Counted from the whole stretch's first letter, positions 36,009 through 50,216 are shown. The stretch: DNA of 58,443 nucleotides, filler included, from Sluysia triapertura (GCA_046118255.1; 5 parts of 5 records of this genome joined end to end with filler, not necessarily neighbours in it), one strand, 5' to 3'. The notes: a model not told the origin generated them from the sequence alone. Numbers and translations: made by a program.

Positions 36009-39000
36009 TAATAATAATAATAATACTATAATATAATAATAAATTACCAACCCAATTACTTTATCTTTACTATCTACTCCATCTTTATCAGTTGTATACA
36101 CTTCATCTTTTTCTCCAGAATCTGCTTGTTTAGCCACATTATTAACCAAATATTTCTTGCGATCCTTTTTGCGACTCTTTAGTATTAACGATGTAACATG
36201 TCATAATATTTTAAATAAAATACTCAATATTAAAACAATTTATTATTATATATCTACTTGTAAATATGGACTGTTTTCTTCAATTCCAGTCTTGTCATTG
36301 GAACCGACTCCAAAACCACCAGTACGATCTATATCTCCAGCTTTTGTAGACGTAGGTTGTGGTGTTTCAGATGATGTGGTGCCAGTAGTTGATTGCTGCC
36401 TATCTCTTTTACTACCAGTACCAGTTTGTCTTGTTGTAGCTGCTGGAGGGGTTACTGTAGTACCAGCCCTTTGTGCCGGAATATTACTGGTAGTATCAGC
36501 AACACCTTGGCGTAAACGTTCGTCAAAATCCAATTTTTGTTGCCTATAACAAAAGCCAGTGATTATTTCTAATGAAACTTCATATTACATCAGCTTATTT
36601 TATATCCTCACATCCAAATAGAAACCGCATGTCAAATTTAAAACCAATTGCCGTAAAAGTTGCATTGCCATGGTATTTATTAACGAATATGATTTTTTTT
36701 AAATGTTTATCGCCAAAGTAAAGGTTCGCATTTTTGTGATTTATTTTCTCTAGTTTTAATTTTGAAAAAAACAGCATCATCAAATTGAAAATGTAAATTA
36801 AATGCAATTTGATTGGTCAATTTGAATGAATTTGTGGTCAAATTAAAAACATTCAAGAATAAAAACAAAAAAATTAGACNNNNNNNNNNNNNNNNNNNNN
36901 NNNNNNNNNNNNNNNNNNNNNNNNNNNNNNNNNNNNNNNNNNNNNNNNNNNNNNNNNNNNNNNNNNNNNNNNNNNNNNNNNNNNNNNNNNNNNNNNNNNN
37001 NNNNNNNNNNNNNNNNNNNNNNNNNNNNNNNNNNNNNNNNNNNNNNNNNNNNNNNNNNNNNNNNNNNNNNNNNNNNNNNNNNNNNNNNNNNNNNNNNNNN
37101 NNNNNNNNNNNNNNNNNNNNNNNNNNNNNNNNNNNNNNNNNNNNNNNNNNNNNNNNNNNNNNNNNNNNNNNNNNNNNNNNNNNNNNNNNNNNNNNNNNNN
37201 NNNNNNNNNNNNNNNNNNNNNNNNNNNNNNNNNNNNNNNTCTTAAACGCTTCGTATACTGTTTCGATTTGTCGAACATTTACTATCTGAATAAATAAATT
37301 TTATTTGCACTGTATTTAAGTCATCAATGAAACTACTTCATAAATAACACGTTGTTGCTATTATATTGATTTTTGTAATGGTAAATGTAAAATTTTCCAA
37401 TTAGTATTGCATTCAGATTTTAAAATTTTAATATCGACATTTGTTTTATCAATCTACTTAATATTTAATTATCGATTTTGTAAACCATTATTTTATTGTT
37501 ACATTTTTTCCGAATTATATTAAGATTCATTTAAATTTTTGCCATTTGTATCGCAGTATCACCTCTTAACTTTAGACCTTGCATCATTACGAAGTTTCAA
37601 CTCATAAATTTGAACTTTAAAAGAGACCTTAAGGCATTTTAAGGCAAGTTTGGTATTTGTAATAAAAAAAAGAATAAAAACTAAAATTCAATTTAAGGTC
37701 TATTCAAAAGTTTAAAAACATGTAAACAAAATTCAAATATTCGATCTGCTTCTACTCAAATAATCTTGGTATGACCTTTTGTAACTATAGAATCGTAAAG
37801 TTTGTTATTTTCCAGTCATCCAATGAAAATTGAGAACATTTCCAATTGATCATTTTCTTCAACCTATCAAACACTATGATTCACATAAAACTTTCTTGAC
37901 AGACATAATTGTATATCAAAAGAAATTTTATATTTTAAATTATATCCAAATTTTCAATTTTTTTGCATTTAAATCATCCAATAATATTATTTTCGTTATT
38001 TAAGTCGCTATTTTCTTTTTTTATTTGCTTTTTACATAATTGTACTTTACTAGCAAATTAATCAGACTCGTTTTCTATATTTTCTAAACATTGTTAATTA
38101 ACTTATCTTTACATCTTTCTGTATGTTTTCCTTGTTGCTTTTAGTTCCAAAGTCGATTTTTTTCGAAACCACTTTAGCTTGCTTTATTATTGGCTTGAAT
38201 TATACCGCAGTTTTAAAACTGACCTATCATCAATTTTTTGCACAAAATTTGCTCATTGGTCCTTTTCATCATTACCATTGTCAATCTTGGTTTGACTTGA
38301 ATTTCTCATCTTTTTCCCATTCTTTTCCAAATTTACATATTTAATACTTTCTGATCAAAATGTTTTGTATTAAATTTAACACTGTATAAATAATAAAAAT
38401 ATCATAAAATAATAACAAACAATAAGCCAAAAACAATTAAAATCTCTTATTAATTCCAAAGTTTTTTTTCAAATCTCTTCACATAAATTCATTTAAATAA
38501 TAGTGAACCTTGATGTGCTGAAGTCCTATTTCGGTGATTTTCATTTTCAACAAGATGGAGCACCTACATTCTATACCAAGGATGTTCGACAATGGCTTGA
38601 TGAAACATTTCCTGGACTTGGATTTGACGCGAGGACCAATCGAATGGCCTGCCAGATACCCTTATCTGACACCGCCTGATTTTTTTCTATGGGTAGAACG
38701 CAGTTTATGCTAAACATTTGAACATTTGTAAATACTACATATACCTATTAAATTTGTCGTTTTTGATATCTAATTTTTATTTAAGTTTGTGGTTCGGTTA
38801 CTTTTGGATCTTACCAGACTTAATTAGCATAGAATAAGTAAGAAGATGGAAATAAAAAAAACAGATCTAAATATAGTTATATTATCAATGTTTCAATTTT
38901 AAATGAAACAATACTAAATTTATGATTTTCGTAGTTTTAAATAAATTTAAATCTAAGACATTTATAAAATAAATATAAAAATCTCCAAAACTAACATCGA

Positions 39001-39100
39001 TTTTCGATATTTCTCCTTCTGCATAACGACGTACTTGTTCTCGAATTTCAAATTTCTTTTGCTCACTCATTTCTTCATAAATTGCATGACTACGATTATT
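35491..39100 (-). CDS. KIF9: Partial multi-exon kinesin KIF9-like gene (post-motor region)
   Basis: AG/GT-bounded exons: 39100-38996 (NNRSHAIYEEMSEQKKFEIREQVRRYAEGEISKID), 37285-37240 into the gap (IVNVRQIETVYEAFK), 36543-36258 (QQKLDFDERLRQ...GDIDRTGGFGVG), 36176-36060, and 35573-35491 (IPSRSEAFEEFKLENGSNIFKVLTENK). These match, in order, recalled KIF9 motifs QVRRYLEG..EID, ISLRQIKEVF, FGLGVAP and AFEEFKNEQGSEINRIFKENK. One exon between 36060 and 35573 is unresolved. Confidence 0.8.
35852..35886 (-). pseudogene. 3' half of a tRNA (Ala-like), intronic
   Basis: Reverse complement reads TGAGAGGTC-CCGGG-TTCGATT-CCCGG-TCCGTCCA-TTTT: perfect T arm/B box, 3' acceptor strand and oligo-T. No D arm or 5' acceptor strand upstream. 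Confidence 0.7.
36880..37239. other. Intra-scaffold gap (360 N)
   Basis: N run without the linker; KIF9-like exons lie on both sides. Confidence 0.95.
38500..38700 (+). mobile_element. Tc1/mariner-superfamily transposase relic
   Basis: FQQDGAP....VRQWLDETFPG.WI..RGPIEWPAR.P.LTP.DFFLW with frameshifts and a stop. Lies in a KIF9-like intron. Confidence 0.85.
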
Positions 39101-39744
39101 CTAAGATAATTACAGCACTTTTTAAAAATTTATATTGAATGTTCCATTTTTTAACATTTTTGTAAATATTTTAGAAATATAAACATTTTTTTACCGTTTA
39201 TTTTTTGTACTGTTCGTATTGTATTTTAGAGATTTTTCGCAAGTTCAATAAGAATATAAATATATTTGTATTTGCTCATTTCAGTGTTAAAATATACTAG
39301 TTCAAAATAGCATGCATTTATCAAATAGTAAATATTTACCATTAGTGAACTCTACCTTTTCAAGGAACCACGACATTTGATTCACATTCAAAGTATGGAA
39401 CTAATACTTTGATATATTATTAATTGTGTTTGTATGTTAGTTGAAAATTCAAAGCATTTTGTATAATAACAATACACAGAATGTGTGTGCATTATAAATT
39501 TTAGAGTGTATTATAGTGTATAAAATATAAAAAATGTGATTGTTTGCTTTCAAAATTTATTAAAATAAAATTAAATTTAGAAATTATGATAACAATAAAG
39601 ATTTAGATTTATCCAATAGAAAATGTTTTCAGTTTAATCTAAGGTTAAAATTGAAAAGACAAAGACGGTTCTAAGAACATAATGAATATTGGAAAAACAA
39701 TTATTTGGTTATGTAACATAATGATCAATCTGTAGCACTGATTT

Positions 39745-39815
39745 GTCATCATGGTACAGATATCGAAAATACGGAAGAATTATGGCAACAAATCGAGAAT
39801 AGCATTGCGATTCTT
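39745..39815 (+). mobile_element. Possible Tc1/mariner C-terminal relic
   Basis: DIENTEELWQQIENSI resembles the post-catalytic tail of these transposases. Confidence 0.3.
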
Positions 39816-40444
39816 ATAAGTAAATAAGAAATTGAATATTGAAAAATAAAATCTAAGAGTATTATTATTGATATTGTTATACATACTGATCAACTAAAAT
39901 GCAAATTGCAATGTAATAAATACTACTTTGTTGCAAATACCACTGGAGATATTTAAAAAAACTCGGATACTAAAAATACAAAATAATATAAAAAGCAATA
40001 GGTTGTATACATTATTCGATTGACATCAACAAAAAGAGTATATTTTTAATATTTCCAATTTTGAATAACACTTCTAATTTGGCTAATCATTTGTCAACTT
40101 TATGACACTTATGTTTATCCCATTAATATACATTTAAAAACACATTTTATTTACTGTTTATTTATTTTATTCAAACAAAATAAATTTATTTAAACAACTT
40201 CATATTATTTTCAATTATTATTTACGTAGTTTTTCGATCAATTAAATATCCATTATATAATTTATTGAATATTTAAATTTTAATAATTCATTTCTTTAAA
40301 TTTCAAATTTATTCAGAAATTGAACTAATAAAATATTATTTCATCAAATGTTCCAGATGTAAGGATTCATATTTCAGTTATTGATTATCTCCTATTATCA
40401 AATTTTTCCAAACAGAAAATGCATTTAATATAATACCTAGAAAT

Positions 40445-40841
40445 TTTCAAGCAGCAAGACTAATTCTCCAAGTGGAAGATCTCATAAAACCACCTTATCT
40501 TAAGGAATTACATCGGTTGCCAATAAAAACAAGAATAGAATTCAAAATCATGACAATAATTTACAAAAAAAATTTGGAAACCAAGATGGATATTTCATTG
40601 AGACATAATAATCTATACAGAATCCACAGTGATAACAAACTAGGTGAAAGGTTATATACCGTTTATGTTTCAAAAATATACAACCAGTTACCAGAGAATG
40701 TCAAATTACTGGAAGAATATGAAATATTTAAGAAAATGGCAAAGTTGTTTCTGTTTCAGAAGTATTATAGTGAATGATTTATTTTAAGCACTTTTGAGTA
40801 CTTACTTTGTAGTAGATGTGAGCGCAATATAAATTAATATA

Positions 40842-40897
<56 letters not shown>
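40445..40897 (+). mobile_element. 3' end of an L2/CR1-group LINE (ORF2 tail, 3' UTR, (TTA)n tail)
   Basis: AARLI..LKELH.LPIKTRIEFKI..IIYK..GERLYTV...IYNQLP....FKK..K..LF. The 3' UTR GCACTTTTGAG...GAGCGCAATATAAAT is followed by (TTA)n at ~40845-40897. Confidence 0.85.
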
Positions 40898-40900
<3 letters not shown>

Positions 40901-42005
40901 TGCTTACATTAATTTCTTAATGTAAGTTTTAATATCTAAGTTTCTTAATATCTAAGTTTTATAAATTGTACCAGTGAAATCAACTTACATTAAAAATAAT
41001 CTCTTGTCTTTGGTACAAGATGTGGAAGTACGAACTTTAGCAGTTAAGTTTGATTTAAATGGTAGATGTATATATACCACAAAGATCTAACACAGTCTAT
41101 ATTAAGTTAAATAGAAAAAAATGAATAAAACAATAATACAATTAAAGCAAGACTATGCGTAATTATTGACACTAATTTTAAGTAAATGTTGGTTATTGAA
41201 ATGTTTAATTACGTTAATAATTTATTAATTTATTAATAGTTGATTGTTAAGTTCAGCATAACTCCAATGGACTTGAGTAAATGTCTAAGGTTTTGAATAT
41301 GTTCTTCAAATAAAGTGCAACAATTAATCCAATTTAATCTCAACTCAACTCAACAATGAAGGAACAAAAATAAATAATTCTATTTAATGTTCAATAAATT
41401 ACTATTATTATTTTCATATTTTGTTAGGTTGCAATCACAATCATTTAAAATCATAAATTTTTGATAAAAGAAAAATAATTTCTAAAAAAAGAAAACATTT
41501 TACTTGATTATGATGGTCATTGACGAGTATAAGTACTAGCTTCAGTTGAAAGTCAATCACAATTAAATAGCACAATTTTGTGTTGAATTTATTATCGCGC
41601 AAATAATTTATTAAAAATATTAAGTAAGAGTAAAACATTAAAATCAACTTAAAATATTTGTTTAGAATTTTTGATACATAGATTTAGTGAGGGGGAAAAT
41701 CACTTTAAATCACTTTAAAATCACTTTATTGGATTAGATGTTCAATTATCATATTCTTTTTGATTTTTATATTTTGTTACACTATTACTATCTTCTCCTA
41801 TTGTACTGTATAATTTTTTAATGTGTTACTAATAAAATTGATAAAAAATGATTGTCAAGTTTTTGTCATTTGTGAATTAATTGTTGTAGATTGTTTAAAA
41901 TATTAAAAAGAAGAATTGTATTAAACATTAAATAACATGAATATTTCAATTACCAAGAATTAAACCTAAAACGACCTAAATTTAATAAATTAACGAAGTA
42001 ATCTA

Positions 42006-42244
42006 TGTGGAGTTAAGTAATAGAAATAAGCCTTCAGTTAGTGTTAAAGAACATTTAATTTATTGATTTGTAACAATTAAAAATCCAGATTTGAACGTTC
42101 ACTGTAAATTCATTAAGTCGACTTTAAGGTTGAGACATTAAAAAGTTAAATTTTATTAAGAATTAACCGAGCCCTGATAAAATTTATTTTACCTTAGGTT
42201 AAAGATAAGGAAAACCACAGCAGAATTTGGCGCCTAATTGGGAC
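42006..42244 (+). mobile_element. Putative 5' LTR (TGTGG...CCACA, 42006-42219) plus tRNA-Lys-like PBS (42228-42244)
   Basis: TG..CA inverted ends followed by TGGCGCCTAATTGGGAC. Confidence 0.5.
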
Positions 42245-44558
42245 AATATAAATTGAATTCTTTAAGTTTAGCTGTATTTTAACATGACATATTGACAATA
42301 GATTTTAATTCTTGTAACAATGATAAATTGAGCTCGCGATTTTGTTATTTTGATGTATTTTCTTTCACGATTCACGATTTTCATTTTGGGGTAAGTTTAA
42401 TTTTTATGATTTACGCGTTTAAGTTAAATTATTGAATTGATATAAGTTCTTTCTGATTTAATTTCAAAGATTTAAGTTTCTCGTTATTGCTGATTTATAT
42501 TTATTGATAAGTTTAAGTTGTTTTATTTGAATTTAAGTTAATTATTTAAATAAGTTTAAGAATAGTTTTCAATTATTTTCCGTTGAATAAGTTATGTATT
42601 CGATAAGTTTAGGTTAATATTTGATTTTACTTATTATTAAGTTATATAATGTTCATTCTGTTGCGTCTTAAGTTTATTAAATGAAGAGGGAGCTTCCTGA
42701 AAAATATTATTAAAAATTTTCAACAATTAAATTAGTTTGCAACCTCGATATATTTTTCATTACAACAGAAAACAAAATACAATTTACTAATTGATCTCTG
42801 CTAGATAAGAGCCATTCTGAGTTTTTAATAAAACAGTCCTTCACACAAATCATCACAGCATTCTTTGAGAATTCAGCCGACAATAATAATGACGTTGACA
42901 TTTACATGGCATGGTCTTCAAAACTTTATTAGATACAGAACTATTAATCTACTCGATCTACTTTCACTTAAATTACTCCTCACATTAAGATAACAATGCA
43001 TTATTAACATGCATTAAAATAATGAATTTAATTTTAGTTTCTATAATTCAATTGATTTTCGGTTTTCTACACTCATTTTTCTATTGAAAAATGTTTAAGG
43101 TTTTTATTCTCAAACAAACAACTCCACAGACACTTCATACTTACTTCTAGATTCTCCTTCTTCATAGCAATCATCTCATATACAATTCATTATATTTTCA
43201 TCGTTCTAGGTATTAAAAATTCAACATTCCATGATTTTTTCATCGGAAGGCCTTTTTAAAACAAACGCATACTACATGCAAACGTCATTTAATTAAATTA
43301 AGTTAATTAAGATTTTAATTAATTAATATATTTTTAGACTTAATCTTATTTTATATTTAAAGGTTTTTTTATTAAGGTCGTAAAGTTATTAGTAGTTCTT
43401 AAGGCATTCATGAGGCATTCAACTTCACCACTCAGAATAATTTTTCTAATTCTTTATGTTAACTACAGCTATCTTTAATGTTAGCAGCAATAATTTTATT
43501 TCTCAAATATTTTAAATATTTCAACTACTTTATAAGGTTTTTCAAAAGTCTTAAATGCTTATCAAGGTCTCAAAGATTCTTAAAGGTTAATTAAGTCTCA
43601 GATGATCTCAAGGCCAATAAAAAGTTTTGCTACTCAAGAAAAGAAAATCTAAATCTTAGCAGCCAATAGGAAATAGAAAAAAAGGATACAATAAATTTCT
43701 AAAAGTTTTCATCAAAAAATAAAATATTTTGAAAAGACTGAAAGAAAATTATGTTACTATTAACAAAATGGCTGACAGTGATACCGACGAAGCTACAGTG
43801 AATTGGAACTGGAATATAATGAAATAGATAATGAGTCGATTGAGGTTTTGAAAGCGGTTGAAGTAGATAGTACTGATGAAGAATCTACGCTTAAAACTAA
43901 AAACTAAAACTAAAAACGATGACTAAGAACAAAAGTCAAATAACGCTAATGATGAATTGAGTCTATCGATTCTCATGAAACTAAAAATGATGATGATGTC
44001 TGCTACTCAAATACTTATGATAAAGAACGAAAGTCGATGATGAACTATCTAAAATTACTAATATTACAATTTATACTTAAAGTTATCTAGTATTTTTTAA
44101 TCTTTTTCTATCTCCTATAAATTTAAAAATAATGATTACGTCTACTACTTAAATAATAACAATATAGATGTTAACTCAAGTAATACTGTTGGAGAATGCA
44201 AGATTAACTATCTTTATAACTGTGAGAGTAACATATATTTACTGTGCACATTTCATTTCGATGTCGAGAGTAATTTCATTGATACCTGTGGACATGAAAG
44301 AAATAACAACTTACGTTATTATGTTATACTCCATTGCCATAATTTCCCTTTTGCCACCTTCAAGAAATTGCATGAATCAAATGAAGAAATCAAGTGCTGT
44401 TATAGTTTCGCCATGGATTTTCAACTGCGAATCAACTTCCACGCCAACGAGGCCTTCAAGTCAGATGAAATCAAACAGGACATGGCCGCTGCAAGCTAAT
44501 TATACCAATATAAAGTAAGACTTAATATCTTCTATACTTTTTTATGTGATGATCTTTT

Positions 44559-44692
44559 TGTGGAGATACAATTTAGGTCTTTACATTGTATTATTTTCTA
44601 TAAGGGTTACTCAAACCGTTAATTGTGTAACAATAAAAAGAGTTTCAATAAATATTGTTTCGTGATTAAAAGTTAAATTTATTCGCTCCACA
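44559..44692 (+). mobile_element. Putative short LTR (TGTGGAG...CTCCACA)
   Basis: 7-bp terminal inverted repeat and AATAAA. It shares the TGTGGAG start and TTAAAAGTTAAATTTATT with 42006-42219. Confidence 0.4.
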
Positions 44693-44829
44693 GTAATAGT
44701 CGACTGGAGCAAGTTATTAATTCGCAAATAACTACAATTAAATTTAATTGATCTCATGATTACGCAGACCATAATTCGTTTAACAAGTTAATGAATGATT
44801 TATCTAAGGATAACAAATTGCAAGTGTCA

Positions 44830-45520
44830 TACTTAAAAAAATTATTAACCTATTCTTGCAAAAAGATTCTGGATGTCAGTTCGCCTAATTAGACACGATT
44901 TAGATCTAGACGAAGACGTTCTAAGTAGGATTTTAATCTTAAGTGGCAATATAGTTCACTTACAACAAATCCAAAGTACTTATAAAGATACTTGAAAGAG
45001 TTCGTATAAATTTAAAAGAAATGGCCGAAATATAATAGTCAGATTATATGAAAGTTCTTAACAGAATGACTAAATTATATGTAAAAATGAAATTATCTAA
45101 GTAAATGAATGCACAAATTAAATCAGCCTTTTACGGTCTGATAAACGTGTGGATATTTAATCAAATTTAATAACAGTTAACTTACAACGTAAATTCACTA
45201 AGATATATTATAAAAAATTAACTTATGAATGTACACAAACGAATTGCAAAAATATAAGTAATATACAGTAAAAATGATATAATATAAATAAAATTTTAGT
45301 ACCTTAAGAATAAGTCTTATGTACAAAATTTATATCTTAGTTACGGTCTAGGATAAAAATTTAAAATTTATGTGAGATTTAAAAAACCCTATCATTAAAA
45401 TTAAGGTGAATAAACTTATACAAAAACTTTACTTAATCATGGAATTGACGGTATCTGCTATCTGGATAACTTGAGAGAAAAACAAACTGCGATCATAAAA
45501 CGAATGCTAAATCCAAATTT
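44830..45520. repeat. Dispersed non-coding repeat, inverted homolog of 32390-33050
   Basis: The same blocks appear in reverse complement and reverse order. Confidence 0.65.
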
Positions 45521-47126
45521 TCACTCTCTATTTATTTTAATAGTTACTATATTGTTCTTTTATTTAGGAATTTATTTATTTAAACGAATTAAATATTTCT
45601 TTTTTTATAAGAATTAATTTATATCAAAATTCAATGTTTTAAATTTTAATTTATTAAAATTTTTAATTCTTTAATTTTAATGTTAGTATTTATAATAAAA
45701 AATAATATTTAAAATATATAACATAATATAAAACAAATTATTAACAAAAATTTTTAAAATTAATTATTAAATAACAAAATGTTTGTCAAATAAAATTGCC
45801 AAATTCCACTTTCCAATAAAATCAATAAAACTTTCACCCAACTTTACCAAATCCAAGTTATTTTTCTTATATCTCTTCAATATAATCATTTGTCGTCAAC
45901 TTTTAGAATATGATTTTCTGAGTTGAATATTATTTCTTCCATGTGGATGTTTATATTAACCATATTCTCTAAAAAATATATATATCGATTAACTCGATAT
46001 TTTTCTTGCGTAATGTTTGACAGTACACTTAAAAATATCTTTCTTCTACTGCCCATATTTTGGTTTAACATTTCTATTTTACTTTATTATTATTATTATT
46101 GTTTTATTATTCTATTATTGTTTTATGTTTTTTCCTATAAATAGTTTATTTAATTCTTTATATTATTACATTTGTTTTCAGGAGGTATTTCTTAACTTAA
46201 TGTTGACAAACGAGATTTAGTATCTATAAATCCATTTATAGATCATTTATAGATGTTCTGTTATGGATTCCATAAGCGTTTCAAAAATAGTTCTTTCGAT
46301 ATATTCTGATTTGTTATAATTACGCTGAATTTCTTCAAGCCTTTTGCCTTCATAAATTAATTTTACGTAACACATTCCTTCATTTAATCGCATAATTTTC
46401 CGAAATCTTATTTATTAATTGAAGAAGTTCTTCTTTAACTTGACTCACAATGTAAGTTCATCTAAATTCAACAAGGCGGTACATGTTATACATACATTAT
46501 AGTAATTGCTTCAACGACAACATAGATTCCAATATATCCAATTATTGAAAATTTCATTGTATTTTCTGGAGTAAATTGTAATACTTAATATTATTTCATT
46601 AACATTGCATTACGTATCATTTATAACATCAGAATATTAACCTTCACTTCGGACCAAGATATTACCAATACAATTATTACAGTAAAGTAATAACAAAAAA
46701 TGTAATATGGGTTTTTTGTAATGTAACAACTTTTGATATCGATTTTTTAAATAATTAAATTATTTTTAAATTATTCTTTTTGCAAATGTTACTGTTAGAG
46801 TTATTAAGAATTAGGGCAAAATATTTTATTAAATATCCTTATTCATGTTATGTTGAATTAGAATGATTTACAGTTGAAATTATCTCACAGGTCTGGATCT
46901 AAAATTTATTAAATTATAAAAATTAAAGTAATACTAAAATTTATGGATTTTTAATATTTACAATGAAATTAATAAAAATAATTGTAGAAATTAATAATTA
47001 TAGTTAATAATAATAATAATAATGCTTGTAATGGTTATTATTTATGAATAATATTGGTAATAAATGTCAAAATTGATAATAAGCATATTTTCAAAATATG
47101 TAGAAACCTTGAAATACGTTCTAAAG

Positions 47127-47198
47127 CAGTGGTGTCAAAGTGGCGGCCCGCGGAGGCAAATCATGCGGCCCGTGTATTTACAAACAATACCAGGATAG
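47127..47198. mobile_element. Start of a hAT (Buster/Charlie-type) element, truncated by the contig edge
   Basis: CAGTGGTGTCAAAGTGGCGGCCCGCGG...GCGGCCC with flank TTCTAAAG (nnnTAnnn). Confidence 0.75.
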
Positions 47199-47298
47199 NN
47201 NNNNNNNNNNNNNNNNNNNNNNNNNNNNNNNNNNNNNNNNNNTTAATTAATTAANNNNNNNNNNNNNNNNNNNNNNNNNNNNNNNNNNNNNNNNNNNN
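47199..47298. other. Artificial contig linker
   Basis: N44-TTAATTAATTAA-N44. Confidence 0.97.
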
Positions 47299-49472
47299 TA
47301 AATACTAATATCTTTGCAATATATTCTCACTCAGACAACACTTATAAGTCTTAACAATTAGTTTAAAACTTTCCAGAAGATATCTTTCCGTTTATTTCAT
47401 TCTGTGGCGATTTAGCTCAATTTACGTTAAAATTTATTATTCCAGAAGATATCTTTCAGTTTAACCGGTGGCAATTTAATTCAATCTCCATTTACGAGAC
47501 AATAGTTTTTTGACAGCTCCTTCGATTATATCGTTAGTTTTGATTAATAGGTGATTGCGCAGTATTTAACACTGCATTTTTAAACTGATACTTAAAATCA
47601 ATTAAACTTATAACAGCTATCATTTATAGATAGCTTATTAAAATCTATTTATTAAATTTTTTGATTCGATTATTTAATCCAAATAATCTACAGCCAAATT
47701 TCTTATATATATTATATTTGTAAAATAAGTTTTTATACTATTCTGTAAAGATTTTTTTTATTATTGATTAACAATTTTGTATAATAAACGTATCCAACTT
47801 TAAATTTGATATTTTTTTATTTTGAAATCACAAAGAGACAAAAGGTTTCGCGTAAGAACCTTATTAAACTATTAACGATATATTTACAGGTTCAATTTAA
47901 GAACCTTATTAAAATCACTACTGGTTCCAAGTAAGAACCAAATTAAAATACAAGTAAATTGAAATAAAGTAAATTTTTAAGAAGAAACCTCCAACTAAGT
48001 ATAAGACATTACAATATTTTAAGCTCATATAAATTTTGTAAAATAAATCGAACGGTTGGCCATTTTCAGTAAGCCCAATACGTCGGTGGACTCACTTTCA
48101 ATTTATTTTTATTCTGTACACACTTCACGTCTTTTTTACAATATGTAGATCTAGACAAAAAGAATTTATTATTAATATCGAAACATCAATATTATTTATC
48201 CGATAAAACTATAGAATTAAGCGCTTCAGAAAATTCTTTAACTGAATTAAATGTTAGTGAAGTGGTTATTACGACAAATTCACGAAAATCAATAATCAAA
48301 ATGAATTTTATTCAAAATTTATACAATTCGGACAAATTTGAAGAACTACGTTATGTATATATTTCTCAATCTGTTAACTGATTTAAGTGGTTTATCAAGT
48401 GTAAATCAGATCAAGATTTTCTGCTTGCTTTAAATGTTATGCATGTGAGCCCTTACAATCTTAGTCTTAATCACTTAAGGCTTAAGTTGTACGTGGTAAA
48501 CAAAAGAAAGAGTAATGGAGGCTAGTAATGATCAACTATTTTGTAGGGTAAAGTCAATATAATATTTTCTTTGAAATGTTATAAAAGTAATTAGTTAAAT
48601 TATAATAGATGATAATTTGCGTCAAAATCTTCTACCCGATAGTAAAAACGGTATCTCAAATCAACTCTTTAATAAATTTCGTGTATTTTACGTCAGTGTA
48701 AAAACGGTGTACCTTACGTATAATTACAATTAAAATATAAAATTTTACACTGTATCAAAAAGTATTAAATAAAAAATGACAAATAATTAATAACAATTAT
48801 ATTAACAGATTATAAAATAATCTTAAATATATATTTTAATAAATTAATTTTTCGTCTCTCAATTTAAAAGGAGCGATAAAAAGAAATAAAAGATTTTACG
48901 TTTGAGGTTACGCCATAATAAAATAGGCAATTCCTACAACAAAAAAAAACTAACGAATAAATTAGCGAAAAATTGCTCTAAGTTGTATCCAAAAAATTCA
49001 AGTTAACTACTCCTCCAAAGAAAACTATTAAATCCAAATAATTAATTGAACTCCGAAAAATCCAAATTGAAGTAAAATTTAAAAATTAAATGTTAATTAT
49101 GTGAAATTTGACAATAATTTATATACTTATTTGAATGGCCTTGATTAAATTTTAAACAATTTATATTATTTATAATAATAATATTTTTGATTTTATAAAA
49201 TATAATTTAAATAATATAATAATTTCAATAATAACAAGCATTAAAATATTATAATAAACAAGCACAAAGTTAATAATACTAGAATTATTTTATCTATTAT
49301 TATTTTATTTATTTTTAGACATAATTACTAAATAAATCTATTGTATATTAACATATCTATGCACATTGACAAATAAATATAAATTAAATATATTTTTAGA
49401 TTTTACAATTTTCTGTGTGTATTGACAATTTAAATGTAAACTACAACTCTTTAAAAAGTTTAAAAAGATGTT

Positions 49473-50216
49473 AAAACTACTATAGTGAGGTTTACCAGAA
49501 ACGAAGATTTTGAAAATTCTACCCAAAGAATGTATCATTTTACTTAGCTTAGTTGCCCAGGTACAGAAGTTTAGGATGAACATTACACAACATCGAATAC
49601 CAAAAGTTTAAAGGTTATTAGAGATGATGAAACCATTGTAATCAAGTTTACTAGAAAAGATTATTTTGAAAATTGTGTGGAAATGTGTCATTTTAATTAT
49701 TTCGGTTGTCCGGGTACAGAGATATTAGTTGAACATTGCACAATACAGTTTGTTATTGAAAAATAAAATTTTGAAAATATAAAATATTTTAAATAAAAAA
49801 TATTGTGAAAAATGAATTGGCTAAATCGAAATTAAGTTATGACAAACTAACGAATGAAATGAAACAAAATGTTTTAGCCATTTGGAACGCAACAAGATAG
49901 CCTTGTTATATAACCACTTTTACCGTGATATGAAGAAGCCAAACCCAACATTTTTCAGAATCGCTGTGATAGTGCTAATGTTGAATCACATAGTTTTACA
50001 TTATTTGATCATCAAGGTCGATCTCAAATTCTTATGGCAAATAAATTTGAAATTTTAAAAATTAATAATAACTTTTTGGAAAAATACTTTAAAAATATAA
50101 AATTTCCGTTGTATTTATTATGTTTTTAACGAAACTGTAAATGTGGGCTAAATTCTTGTTATGATTTAAATCATTTAAATTATTTATGTGAAATGGATCT
50201 CATTAAAATAAACTAA
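49473..50216 (+). pseudogene. Decayed ORF with a duplicated ~52-aa domain
   Basis: TTIVRFTRNEDFEN..MYHF..SCPGTEV.DEH and TIVIKFTRKDYFEN..MCHF..GCPGTEILVEH lie in one frame with TAG stops. Confidence 0.55.

Noticed and set aside
36813-37289. ORFs spanning Ns (also 47054-47254)
   Set aside because: Gap artefacts.
41250-41330. RT-like peptide TLFEEHIQNLRHLL on the minus strand
   Set aside because: Too short, with no YxDD context.
45886-46220. Short hydrophobic I/L/F/Y-rich ORFs here and elsewhere
   Set aside because: Expected from AT-rich low-complexity DNA.
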